Shown: piece after piece, positions 1-9,708 of the stretch | Position numbering within the stretch: position 1 is the first letter of the stretch | Layout of the letters: every line of letters begins with the position of its first letter | Assembly: GCA_903855945.1 (NCBI GenBank) | Contig: CAIOAK010000177.1 | Span: 86-64,085, forward strand | Direction: 5' to 3' | DNA: 64,000 bases | Source of the DNA: an uncultured Anaeromyxobacter sp. | Lineage (GTDB): Bacteria > Myxococcota > Myxococcia > Myxococcales > Anaeromyxobacteraceae | Notes under the pieces: model-generated | Seen by the model: the letters and a program-made list of their open reading frames with translations, nothing else | The model's database searches: none | What the model was told of the DNA's origin: nothing | Translations under genes and position numbers: made by a program

Positions 1-478
1 GAGTCCCGTCCGGGTAATCGCCGGAGAGCCCGGTAGCAGACCACCGCCTGAGGCCGAGAGGTCGACTGGCGAAGCGTGGTGTCAGAAGCCCTCGGCGGCG
101 AAAGCCGTTGGAGGGAAGCAACAGCGCGGGCCGCAACATCAAGTGAAGCCTGCCGCCTCGTCAGATAAACAATCCGAGAGCCGAGCCGAGCATGTCGCGG
201 CGAAGGCCATGTCTTCCGTTCGTGAGTCCGGATGGGCGGGAGGTCTCGGCGGGGTAGAGGGAGCAGCACGCGCTGAAGGAGAGGTGCGGAACACGAGAGA
301 CCCGTCTGCGCAGCCGACGTCCGGCAAAGACCGACCGTATAAGCCGAGTGCGAAAGCGGGCGGAGCGCAGCGGGAGTCCGAGGGGGTCGTAGTACCGTTG
401 ATGGCGGCGAAGAAGAACGCCGCCGGAGGGAAGGGCCCCTGCTCTGGTCAAGCTGGCGGAAGAGGTAAGGGCGAGGGC

Positions 479-1912
479 ATGGTCCGGACAGCCGGACCCA
501 AACACCCCGGTGGGCTACCGCCCATCGACAAAGTCCGACGACTCCAACGCAAGCTCTACGTAGCAGCCAAGCAGCATCGGGAGCGCCGGTTCCACGCGCT
601 GTACGACCGAGTCCACCGGAGTGACGTCCTGTGGGAAGCGTGGAGCCGCGTCCGACGCAACAAGGGCGCAGCGGGTGTGGATGGAATCACGCTCGGGGCG
701 GTGGAGCAGTACGGCGTCGGGAGGCTCCTCGCGGAGCTCTCCGACGAGCTACACGCAGGTACCTACCAGCCGCCGCCCGTGCTGCGGCGCTGGATACCCA
801 AGGCCGATGGGAAGCTGCGGCCGCTGGGCATTCCGACGGTGAAGGATCGAATCGCGCAGATGGCGGTGAAGCTCGTCATCGAGCCGATCTTCGAAGCCGG
901 ATTCAAGGCCTCGTCGTTCGGGTTCCGGCCACGCCGGAGCGCGCTTCAGGCGCTGGAGACCATCCGGGAGACGGTGAACACCGGATGCAACCACGTCCTC
1001 GACGCAGACATCCGCGACTACTTCGGGAGCATCGATCAGGTGCTCTTGATGCAGCGGGTGGAGCGGAGGATCACGGACCGGAGGGTGCTCAAGCTGCTGC
1101 GCAAGTGGCTTCAGGCTGGGGTGATGGACGAGGGGCGGCTCGCCGAGACGGTCTCGGGGACACCGCAGGGCGGGGTGATCTCTCCGTTGCTCTCGAACGT
1201 CTACCTGGACTTCCTCGACTCCGTGTGGGAACGCCAGTGCGCCGGAATCGGCAAACTGGTGCGCTATGCGGACGACTTCGTCGTCATCTGCAGAACGCCG
1301 AAGGCGGTTGATGAGGCCGAACGAAGGGTGCGCATCATCTTCGGTCGGTTGAAGCTCACGTTGCACCCGGAGAAGACGCGGAAGGTGAACCTCACGGACG
1401 GCGAGGAAGGCTTCGACTTCCTTGGCTGTCACCTGCACAAGCGACTGTCGGGGCGCCTGTTGGAGAAGACAGGCAACCGCTGGTACTACCTCCAGCGGTG
1501 GCCCTCGGCGAAGAGCATGAAGCGAGTGCGGGAGAAGATCCATGACCTCACGGGTCGGAGTCGCAACGGGGTGAAGGACGTGCGAGTACTCATCGGCGAC
1601 CTGAATCCCGTGCTGCGCGGCTGGGGCAATTACTTCTGCACCGGAAACGCTGCCCAGAAGTTCAACCAGCTCGACGGCTACGTCCACCGCCAGCTACACC
1701 ACTTCATGGTGCGGCGGCACGGGCGTAACCTACGAGCTGGCCGCGCCGAAGCCTGGACGCGGAAGTGGCTCTGGGGACTGGGACTGCACCGACTGCGCGG
1801 TACGATTCGTTATCCGAAGCCGTGCATGCTGCACGAGAAGACCACCGTTAAGCCGTGTGCGGGAAATCCGCACGCACGGTTTGAAAGGAGGCGGGTGGAG
1901 ACGGGCCGCTAG
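479..1912 (+). CDS. Group II intron-encoded reverse transcriptase/maturase (no HNH endonuclease domain recognisable)
   Basis: RT blocks RPLGIPTVKDRIAQ and GTPQGGVISPLLSNVYL. YADD at 1265-1276 (VRYADDFVVIC). Maturase X motif RGWGNYF at 1616-1636. The frame is open from GTG 143, but the first 112 codons are low-complexity. ATG 479 lies about 17 codons before RT block 0 and is the preferred start. Confidence 0.9.
   Translation: MVRTAGPKHPGGLPPIDKVRRLQRKLYVAAKQHRERRFHALYDRVHRSDVLWEAWSRVRRNKGAAGVDGITLGAVEQYGVGRLLAELSDELHAGTYQPPPVLRRWIPKADGKLRPLGIPTVKDRIAQMAVKLVIEPIFEAGFKASSFGFRPRRSALQALETIRETVNTGCNHVLDADIRDYFGSIDQVLLMQRVERRITDRRVLKLLRKWLQAGVMDEGRLAETVSGTPQGGVISPLLSNVYLDFLDSVWERQCAGIGKLVRYADDFVVICRTPKAVDEAERRVRIIFGRLKLTLHPEKTRKVNLTDGEEGFDFLGCHLHKRLSGRLLEKTGNRWYYLQRWPSAKSMKRVREKIHDLTGRSRNGVKDVRVLIGDLNPVLRGWGNYFCTGNAAQKFNQLDGYVHRQLHHFMVRRHGRNLRAGRAEAWTRKWLWGLGLHRLRGTIRYPKPCMLHEKTTVKPCAGNPHARFERRRVETGR
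1851..1881 (+). ncRNA. Group II intron domain V (catalytic hairpin)
   Basis: AGCCGUG-UGCGG-[GAAAU]-CCGCA-(CG bulge)-CACGGUU. It has the AGC triad at the 5' end, a 2-nt bulge on the 3' strand and an A-rich apical loop, and sits about 55 nt before the inferred intron end. Confidence 0.85.
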
Positions 1913-1938
1913 CGCGGTACCGCGCCACCCACCTACCA

Positions 1939-2946
1939 ATGCTCGACCTCTCGCTCCCGCTCGGACTCCGCGACCTCACGCCGGATCACTCGGCGCACCT
2001 CGCCGATCTCTCGGCCCGGCTGCACGAGGTCTTCGCCGGCTTCCGCTACCGCCGGGTGCTCCTGCCCACGCTGGAGCGGCTCGAGGTGGTGGAGCGGGGA
2101 CTCTCCTCCGCGGCGCTCGCACAGGTGCTCAAGTTCGTCGAGCCCGGGTCGGGCGAGGTGGTGGCCATCCGGCCGGACATCACACCGCAGATCGTCCGTC
2201 TCTACGCGGCGCGCCCCGACGCGCTGCCCGATCCCGCGCGGCTCTGCTACGACGGGCCGGTCCTGCGGGCGCGCGAGGCACGAGCCGGGCGTCCGCGCGA
2301 GGTCTACCAGGCCGGGGTGGAGCTGCTGGGCGCGGGAGGGGCATCGGCCGACGCCGAGGCGCTCGTGGTGCTGCGCAGGGCGCTCGACCGCGTCGGGCTC
2401 GACCAGGCGGTGCTCGAGGTGGGGCACGCCCGGTTCGCCGGGGCGGTGCTCCAGGCCGCAGGGCTCGGGCCATCGCTCCGCGCCGAGGCGGAGGAGGCGC
2501 TCTCCCGGAAGGACCAGGCCTCGCTCGGCCGGCTCGCCGGGAAGGCCCGGGGAGACCGCGCCGCGCGGCGGGTGATGCCCGAGCTCGCCACGCTCTACGG
2601 CGAGGGGGCGCTCTCCCGGGGGCGGCGGGTCGCGGAGGTGGTTCCGGCCGCAGCGCAGCCGCTGGCCGAGCTGGAAGCTGCCCTCCGGCTCGCAGCGCGA
2701 CGGGGCGTTCGCGAGGTGGAGGTCGACCTCGGCGAGGGGCGGGGGCTCGGCTACTACACCGGCATCACCTTCGCGGGGTACGCGGCCGGTGCGGGGAGCG
2801 CGGTCGCCTCGGGGGGGCGCTACGACGGCCTGCTCGCCCGCTTCGGGCGCCCAGGTCCGGCCATCGGTTTTGCGGTCGATCTCGAGTTCGCCACCCAGGC
2901 CCTGGAGCGCCGCTCCCCGCGGAAAGCCCGCCGGGTCCGCCGATGA
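1939..2946 (+). CDS. hisZ: ATP phosphoribosyltransferase regulatory subunit HisZ (HisRS paralogue)
   Basis: N-terminal LPLGLRDLTPD, RPDITPQIVR and YQAGVELLG motifs typical of HisZ/HisRS class II core. No anticodon-binding domain. The usual hisZ-purA adjacency is present. Confidence 0.85.
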   Translation: MLDLSLPLGLRDLTPDHSAHLADLSARLHEVFAGFRYRRVLLPTLERLEVVERGLSSAALAQVLKFVEPGSGEVVAIRPDITPQIVRLYAARPDALPDPARLCYDGPVLRAREARAGRPREVYQAGVELLGAGGASADAEALVVLRRALDRVGLDQAVLEVGHARFAGAVLQAAGLGPSLRAEAEEALSRKDQASLGRLAGKARGDRAARRVMPELATLYGEGALSRGRRVAEVVPAAAQPLAELEAALRLAARRGVREVEVDLGEGRGLGYYTGITFAGYAAGAGSAVASGGRYDGLLARFGRPGPAIGFAVDLEFATQALERRSPRKARRVRR

Positions 2947-2975
2947 CGGTGGCCCCCGCGCGCCACCCCTGGTAA

Positions 2976-4336
<1,361 letters not shown>

Positions 4337-4337
<1 letters not shown>

Positions 4338-4816
4338 CAGGCGGCGCGGCGCGAACCCGGCTCCGGTCCGAGGAGCTCGGCGATCCGCTTGCGCCGGTGA
4401 TCGAATACGCGGGCGAGCGTCCGGCGCACCATGATCGGGTGGGCGACCTCGCCGAGCGGCCCGAGCGGAAGGCGATACTCCACCCGGTCCTCGACGCGGG
4501 TTCCACCCTCCACGTCGGCGAAGGTGTGGGTGTGGTGCCAGAGCGCGTACGGACCCCGCTCCTGGACGTCCACGAAGCGAACGCCCGGCTGCCAGGCCGC
4601 GATGCGGGTTCGCCAGTGGAACGGGAAGCCGAAGAGGGAGAGGCGGTAGTTGATGATCGAGCCCTCCCGGATGACCTGCGGCGCCGGCGGGATGATGGCG
4701 AAGTGCAGGAATGTCGGGGTGATGGCCTCCAGATTTCCCGCATCGGCGAAGAAGGCGAAGACCTTCTCCCGGGGGAGGGGGACCAACTGGCTTCGCTCGA
4801 GGATGTGGATCCGCAT
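4337..4816 (-). CDS. SRPBCC (START/Bet v1-like, cyclase/dehydrase-type) ligand-binding family protein
   Basis: 159 aa. The N-terminus (ERSQLVPLPREKVFAFFADAGNLEAITP) and WHHTHTF core are typical of uncharacterised SRPBCC proteins. GGAG lies 9 nt upstream of the ATG. Confidence 0.75.
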
Positions 4817-4847
4817 GAAGGGGGCTCCCGGCTTGAACGTCCGTTGA

Positions 4848-4886
4848 CTTTGTCATATGTTTGTCCAGGACAAACGCAAGACAAAG
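4848..4886. promoter_or_regulatory. 39-bp nested palindrome (candidate operator) in the divergent SRPBCC / CarH-like intergenic region
   Basis: TTTGTC at 4849-4854 and 4860-4865. GACAAA at 4869-4874 and 4880-4885. Spacing is 11 bp within each pair. The two 19-bp arms match at 16/19 positions around A4867. The region is an AT-rich island, and a TTGACT -35-like hexamer sits at 4844-4849. Confidence 0.6.
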
Positions 4887-4895
4887 GGATTTCCC

Positions 4896-5822
4896 GTGGA
4901 CCTGACACCCTCGACATCCACCGGCGGCTACCCCATCCGGGTCGTCGCGAGGCTCACAGGGATCCCCGTTGACACGCTGCGAGCATGGGAGAGGCGCTAC
5001 CAGGCGGTCGAGCCCGTCCGGGACGAGCGTGGACGGCTCTACGGCGATTCGGACATCCGCAGGCTGAAGCTCCTCCGGCGCCTGGTCGAGCGGGGGCACG
5101 CCATCGGGCGGGTCGCCAGGCTCGAGGAGGCGGAGCTGGGCGCGATGGCCGAGGCGGCGCTCGACGTCGGGGACCGAAACCGGCGCGCCGACGTCGTGGA
5201 CGTTCGCGTGCTCCTCGACGCGCTCGACGCCTACGACCTCGCGGCACTCGAGCGAAGGCTGGGGAAGTTCGCCGCGGTCCTCTCCACCCGGGAGCTCGTC
5301 CACGAGGTGGTGCTTCCGTTCATGCACCAGGTCGGGGAGGGATGGCAGGTGGGGCGTTTCCGGGTCGCGCAGGAGCACCTGGCGGCCGTCGCGATGCGGG
5401 ACCTCCTCGGCGGGATGGTCCGGACCCACGCCCCTCGGGACGGGCGGCCCGGCATCGTCTTCGCGACCCCTCCCGGCGAGCGGCACGAGCTCGGACTGAA
5501 CGCCGCCGCGATGCTGGCCGCGGCGGGAGGGATCCCGGTCATCTGCCTCGGAGCCGACCTGCCGCCGGACGACGTCGTCGAGGCCGCGCGGCGCACCGGG
5601 GCGCAGGCGGTGGTGCTGGCAATCACCATGGGGGAAGGCATCGCCCGGACGCTCGATGCCGTCTGCCACATCTCGAGTTCCCTCCCCGAAGGAGTGCCCA
5701 CCTTCGCGGGCGGCGCCGCGGCGGAGTCCCACCCCGACGATCTCCGCAGCGCCGGCGCGATCCTGGTCCGGAACTTCGACGCCCTCGAGCAGGCCTACCG
5801 CTCGCTCGGCGCGCGCTACTGA
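4896..5822 (+). CDS. MerR-family regulator with a cobalamin-binding domain (CarH/LitR-like putative AdoCbl photoreceptor)
   Basis: MerR HTH (YPIRVVARLTGIPVDTLRAWERRY). W-x9-EH (W at 5343-5345, EH at 5373-5378). ExHxxG (ERHELG, His at 5484-5486), 36 residues after the EH. Start GTG 4896 (AAGGGA upstream) is preferred, because the track ATG 4857 lies inside the palindrome and is followed by rare AT-rich codons. Confidence 0.8.
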   Translation: MDLTPSTSTGGYPIRVVARLTGIPVDTLRAWERRYQAVEPVRDERGRLYGDSDIRRLKLLRRLVERGHAIGRVARLEEAELGAMAEAALDVGDRNRRADVVDVRVLLDALDAYDLAALERRLGKFAAVLSTRELVHEVVLPFMHQVGEGWQVGRFRVAQEHLAAVAMRDLLGGMVRTHAPRDGRPGIVFATPPGERHELGLNAAAMLAAAGGIPVICLGADLPPDDVVEAARRTGAQAVVLAITMGEGIARTLDAVCHISSSLPEGVPTFAGGAAAESHPDDLRSAGAILVRNFDALEQAYRSLGARY

Positions 5823-5832
5823 CCCCGTTCCG

Positions 5833-6558
5833 TCAGCCGAGCACGAGAAGGGCGGCGACGATCGAGACGCCGGCGGCGGCGAGCAGCGCGGCGCGCGCCC
5901 CGGACCGCGCCGGACGGGAGGGTGGTCTCGACGGAGGCCGGGCCACCGGGATCTCGGCGAGGAGTCCCAGGGAGAGCACCGTCTGCCCTGCGCGCAGCTC
6001 GTCGCCCGGCCGGAGCTCGCGGAGCCCCGAGAGGCGCTCCTCGCCCACGAAGCAGCCGTTGCGACTTCGCAGATCCGCGATCCGGATGCAGGAGCCGTCC
6101 ACCTCGATCCGGGCGTGACGCCGGGAGACGGCGGGGTCGTCGAGACGGATCGTGGAGCCGAACGCCCGACCCAGGACGCCGGGCCGGACCGGGTACCGAC
6201 GCCCCGCCGACGGTCCGGAGAGCGCGACGAGCTCCGCCCCGGCCGAAGGCGCCTCGCCTCGGAGCGCGGCTCGCAGGATGGCCCTGGCCTCCACGGCGGT
6301 TCCCGGGTCGTCCCAGCCTCCCCCGATGCGGGCCTCCCCGACCGTCGCCTCACCGCCCGGGCGGAGGAGCCAGCGCTCGCCGGGCCGGAGACGCCTTCCG
6401 TTCACCCGGACGGCGCCGGCCACGCTCTCCACGACGACGCCGGCGGCGTCGGAGCCGTGGAGCACCACCCCGGGGAGCGGCTCCTCCCGGGCCCCGGGTG
6501 GAATCGAGAACTCACGGGACGGCTCTCCGGAGACCTCGATCGTGGCGCGGGACGGCAC
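5833..6558 (-). CDS. FHA domain-containing protein with a C-terminal membrane anchor
   Basis: The second module shows the FHA signature (GRAFGSTIRLDDPAVSRRHARIE...RSRNGCFV). The first module is FHA-like. The C-terminal stretch ALLAAAGVSIVAALLVLG is hydrophobic. The gene starts 3 nt after the comEC stop. Confidence 0.8.
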   Translation of the reverse strand: MPSRATIEVSGEPSREFSIPPGAREEPLPGVVLHGSDAAGVVVESVAGAVRVNGRRLRPGERWLLRPGGEATVGEARIGGGWDDPGTAVEARAILRAALRGEAPSAGAELVALSGPSAGRRYPVRPGVLGRAFGSTIRLDDPAVSRRHARIEVDGSCIRIADLRSRNGCFVGEERLSGLRELRPGDELRAGQTVLSLGLLAEIPVARPPSRPPSRPARSGARAALLAAAGVSIVAALLVLG

Positions 6559-6561
6559 GGG

Positions 6562-8889
6562 TCACCTCCCCCCGAGGAGCGCCCAGGCGTCGAGTGCGTC
6601 CTCGGGCCGGGCGCGCCAGATCGAGACGCCGTCGGAGCGGAAGCGCACCGGCCCCGCGTCGGTGCGAAGGAGTTCGGCGCCCGAGGCGCGCCAGCGCTCG
6701 ACGGTCTCGGAGTGCGGGAAGCCGTAGCGGTTCCCCGCCCCGACGGAGAAGATCACCCAGCGAGGCCGGGCCGCCGCGATGAGACCGCGCCCCGAGCTCG
6801 TCCGGCTCCCGTGGTGCGGCGCCTTCACGACCTGCACGGGCGGCAGGCCCGTGTGGAGGAGCGCCGCCTCGCCTGCGGCCTCGATGTCCCCGGGGAGCAG
6901 GAGGGAGACCCGACCGTGGACGACGTGCAGCACGAGCGACGCGTCGTTCTCGACGAGCCGCCGCTGGTCGCGCGGAGGGCCGAGCACCCGGAAGCGGACG
7001 CCCGAGAACTCCAGCTCGTCCCCTGCCGCCACCTCCTCGACCCGCGGGAGGCGTGCCAGTGCGGCGCGGGCCGCCTCGTCGCCCCGGTCGTAGGAGGCGA
7101 GGACCCGATCCGCGCCGAGCCCGGCGACGACGGCCGGGAGCCCCTGGACGTGGTCCGGATGGGGATGGGAGACGAAGACCGCGGCGAGGCGGGTCACGCC
7201 CATGTCGCGGAGGAACGGCAGCACGTCGCGCGCCCCCGGGTCGTAGCGGCCGCCCGGGTCCCCCCCCGCGTCGATCAGCACCGCCGAACCGTCCGGGAGG
7301 CGAACCACGGTGCAATCCCCCTGGCCGACCGAGACGAAGACCACCTCGATCCCGGTGCGCTGGCGCGCAGCCGCCTGCCGGAGCGGGCCGGGGAGCAGGA
7401 GCGCGGCGATGGCCACCGCGGCGAGCACCCGGCGCAGCCATCCGCGGGCGAGCAGCGCCGCAATGCCGGCGGCGTAGCACGCGGCCACGAGGGGCCATCC
7501 CGGCGAGGCGATGCCGAAGCTGGCGAAGGAGGGGGCGGCGAAGGCGCTGTTCACCCAGAGGAAGAGAGTGGCGAAGGGGGCGCAGGCGTGGAGGAGGAGG
7601 GGGGCGAGCGGAGGGGTGACGGCGCTCGCCAGGAAGGCGAGGGCGCCCAGCACGGTGAGTGCGGACGCCACGGGGAGGGCGACGACGTTGGAGGCGACCG
7701 CCACGGTGGAGAGGTTCCGGAAGTGGAGGGCGAGCAAGGGGGCCGTGGCGAGCGTGGCGGCCAGGCTGGCGGTGGCGCCCTGGAGCGCCGCCTCGACGGC
7801 GCGCCCGTGCCAGCGGGAGAGATCGGGACGAACCGGGACCGCCTCGCGGAGCGGTCGGGAGAGGACGAGCAGTCCGGCCACCGAGGCGAAGGAGAGCTGG
7901 AAGGAGACGTCCGTGAGCGATCCCGGGTCGAGTGCCACGAGCAGGAGGGCGGCGCTTGCGAGCGCCGCGCCGGCGTCGCTGCCCCGGCCGAGGAGGAGCG
8001 CGAGGAAGAACAGGCCCGTACCGAGCGCAGACCGGAGCACGGGCACGCTCGCCCCGGTGGCGACGGCGTAGAGGGCGGTGAGCGGAAGGCAGGCGAGCGC
8101 TGCCAGGGGGCGGACGTCGCGCCGGGGCGCGAGCCACGGGGCGCGCAGCAAGAACCCCTGCAGCACCTTCCACGCGCCCAGCGCCACCACCGCGAGATGG
8201 AACCCGGAGACCGACAGGACGTGGGCGAGCCCGCTCCGCGCAAAGCGCTCCCGCGTCGTCGCGTCGACCGACGAATCGTCCCCGGCCCCGATGGCCCGCA
8301 CGAGCGCCGCCTCTCCGGCCGGGAGGGCGCGGGTCGCGGCGATGCCGAAGGCGACCCGGGCCGCCGCCACCCTGGAGAGGGAGGAGGGGGGCGAGGTGCG
8401 GACCGGAGGCGTGCGGCTTCCGGCCTGGGCCGACAAACCGTGGAGTTCGAGCGCCAGGGCGCCGTCTCGCCCCCCGGGGTTCCGGGGGCCGGGTACCTCC
8501 CGCACCTCGGCCGAGAGGAGGAGCTCGTCCCCGGGGGCGAGCGGGACGGGGAGGTCGGGGGCGGAGACCGAGATGCGACCCAGGCCGGGGTCGGAGAGCA
8601 CGAATCGGGCCCGCTCCTCCTGGCGGACCGGCATCGAGACGACCGGTCCGCGGAGCACGGTCGTTCCCGGCGGCACGCTCCCACGGACAGCCCGGGCCGC
8701 CCCTCCCACGACCAGGCCGGCGCCCGTGAAGGCCAGGACCGGGGAGGAGGCGACGACCCCGCCGGCGGCGAGGACACCCCCCATGAGGGGCGCGAAGGCG
8801 CCAGGATCGAGGGAGACGGCGACTCCTGCCGCCGCCGCGAACGCGGCCGCCGAGACCTTCATCCGCCGGGAAGGGGGGATAAAGGTCAT
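6562..8889 (-). CDS. comEC: DNA internalisation-related competence protein ComEC/Rec2
   Basis: 775 aa. Multi-TM competence domain followed by a metallo-beta-lactamase fold (FVSHPHPDHVQGL). Confidence 0.9.
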   Translation of the reverse strand: MTFIPPSRRMKVSAAAFAAAAGVAVSLDPGAFAPLMGGVLAAGGVVASSPVLAFTGAGLVVGGAARAVRGSVPPGTTVLRGPVVSMPVRQEERARFVLSDPGLGRISVSAPDLPVPLAPGDELLLSAEVREVPGPRNPGGRDGALALELHGLSAQAGSRTPPVRTSPPSSLSRVAAARVAFGIAATRALPAGEAALVRAIGAGDDSSVDATTRERFARSGLAHVLSVSGFHLAVVALGAWKVLQGFLLRAPWLAPRRDVRPLAALACLPLTALYAVATGASVPVLRSALGTGLFFLALLLGRGSDAGAALASAALLLVALDPGSLTDVSFQLSFASVAGLLVLSRPLREAVPVRPDLSRWHGRAVEAALQGATASLAATLATAPLLALHFRNLSTVAVASNVVALPVASALTVLGALAFLASAVTPPLAPLLLHACAPFATLFLWVNSAFAAPSFASFGIASPGWPLVAACYAAGIAALLARGWLRRVLAAVAIAALLLPGPLRQAAARQRTGIEVVFVSVGQGDCTVVRLPDGSAVLIDAGGDPGGRYDPGARDVLPFLRDMGVTRLAAVFVSHPHPDHVQGLPAVVAGLGADRVLASYDRGDEAARAALARLPRVEEVAAGDELEFSGVRFRVLGPPRDQRRLVENDASLVLHVVHGRVSLLLPGDIEAAGEAALLHTGLPPVQVVKAPHHGSRTSSGRGLIAAARPRWVIFSVGAGNRYGFPHSETVERWRASGAELLRTDAGPVRFRSDGVSIWRARPEDALDAWALLGGR

Positions 8890-8913
8890 CGAAAACAGCC
8901 AATTACAACCGTA

Positions 8914-8942
8914 TTGACGCGGCTCAATCCCTGTGGTAGGGT
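8914..8942 (+). promoter_or_regulatory. Putative sigma-70-type promoter of cdnL
   Basis: TTGACG (8914-8919), a 17-nt spacer, then TAGGGT (8937-8942), in an AT-richer divergent region. By-eye prediction only. Confidence 0.4.
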
Positions 8943-9017
8943 CCGCGCTTCAGGCCCAGCGCCCGCCCGCCCGATCATCCGGGTGGAGGCGATACCGGCA
9001 GCCGGGCGGAGGAAATA

Positions 9018-9536
9018 ATGGCAGCGTCTCAGAATCCATCTGGCCCGGCCTTCAAGGTCGGGGACAAGGCGGTCTACCCCGGACAGGGGGTCGGCGAGGT
9101 CATGGGGATCGAGCACAAGGAGGTGGCGGGACAGCGCCAGTCCTTCTACGTGCTCCGCATCCTCGACAACGGGATGAAGATCATGATCCCGATGAACAAG
9201 GTCGGCTCCGTGGGCCTGCGCGAGATCATCGGCGACAAGGAGGTCCGCAAGGTCTACAGCATCCTCCGGGAGAAGGAGGTCTCGGTCGATTCCACGACCT
9301 GGAACCGCCGCTACCGGGAGTACATGGACAAGATCAAGACCGGCTCGGTCTTCGAGATCGCGGAGGTCCTGCGCGACCTGTACCTGCTCCGGTCGGACAA
9401 GGACCTGTCCTTCGGCGAGCGCAAGATGCTCGACACCGCCCGGTCGTTGCTCATCAAGGAGCTGGCCATCGCCAAGGACTGCGACGAGCAGGACGTGGAG
9501 TCGGAGCTCCGGAAGATCTTCAACATCGCGGCCTGA
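9018..9536 (+). CDS. cdnL: CarD/CdnL family RNA polymerase-binding transcription factor
   Basis: FKVGDKAVYPGQGVGEVMGIE CarD_CdnL_TRCF N-domain. 172 aa. The conserved carD-ispD-ispF-cysS synteny is present. Confidence 0.93.
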   Translation: MAASQNPSGPAFKVGDKAVYPGQGVGEVMGIEHKEVAGQRQSFYVLRILDNGMKIMIPMNKVGSVGLREIIGDKEVRKVYSILREKEVSVDSTTWNRRYREYMDKIKTGSVFEIAEVLRDLYLLRSDKDLSFGERKMLDTARSLLIKELAIAKDCDEQDVESELRKIFNIAA

Positions 9537-9585
9537 TTCGAGAGGTCCGGGGCGGGATGCCGTTTCGGATCGCAGGCGAGGATGT

Positions 9586-9615
9586 CCGCCGCGCGGCCCA
9601 GGGTTCGCGCGGCGG
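9586..9615 (+). terminator. Putative intrinsic terminator after cdnL
   Basis: Perfect 10-bp stem CCGCCGCGCG / CGCGCGGCGG with a 10-nt loop, followed by TCTCGTCTC. Confidence 0.45.
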
Positions 9616-9708
9616 TCTCGTCTCGGGGGCATTGGCCCCGGAATCATCTGCGGCACGGGCATGTGAAGTGGGGCAGAGCACGCGGAGTGCCAGCCCCGGG
9701 GAGGGGCC

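Larger units (their letters stand above)
1..1936 (+). mobile_element. Group II intron, 5' part cut off by the window edge. It carries an RT/maturase ORF, domain V and a domain VI-like helix.
   Basis: RT/maturase ORF with YADD. Canonical domain V hairpin at 1851-1881. Domain VI-like helix 1890-1898/1925-1933 with unpaired A1931. The 3' boundary is approximate (+/-4 nt) and is placed at ...CCTAC (AY end rule). GC content looks lower than in the flanking genes. Confidence 0.85.

Noticed and set aside
143-478. N-terminal 112-codon extension of the intron RT ORF starting at GTG 143
   Set aside because: The composition is low-complexity (A/G/E/S/K/R) and lies upstream of RT block 0. This region should be intron domain IV RNA. 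ATG 479 gives a protein of typical length.
143-1912. The RT as a retron, DGR or Abi-type defence reverse transcriptase
   Set aside because: A maturase X motif (RGWGNYF) and a textbook domain V/VI immediately downstream identify it as a group II intron protein. No msr/msd-like repeats and no template/variable repeat pair were seen.
4857-4895. ATG 4857 as the start of the CarH-like gene
   Set aside because: The ATG lies inside the 39-bp palindrome. The following 13 codons (TTT GTC CAG GAC AAA CGC AAG ACA AAG ...) use AT-rich codons that are atypical for this window. GTG 4896 has an AAGGGA SD and leaves the MerR HTH at a normal distance from the N-terminus. The call is not certain.
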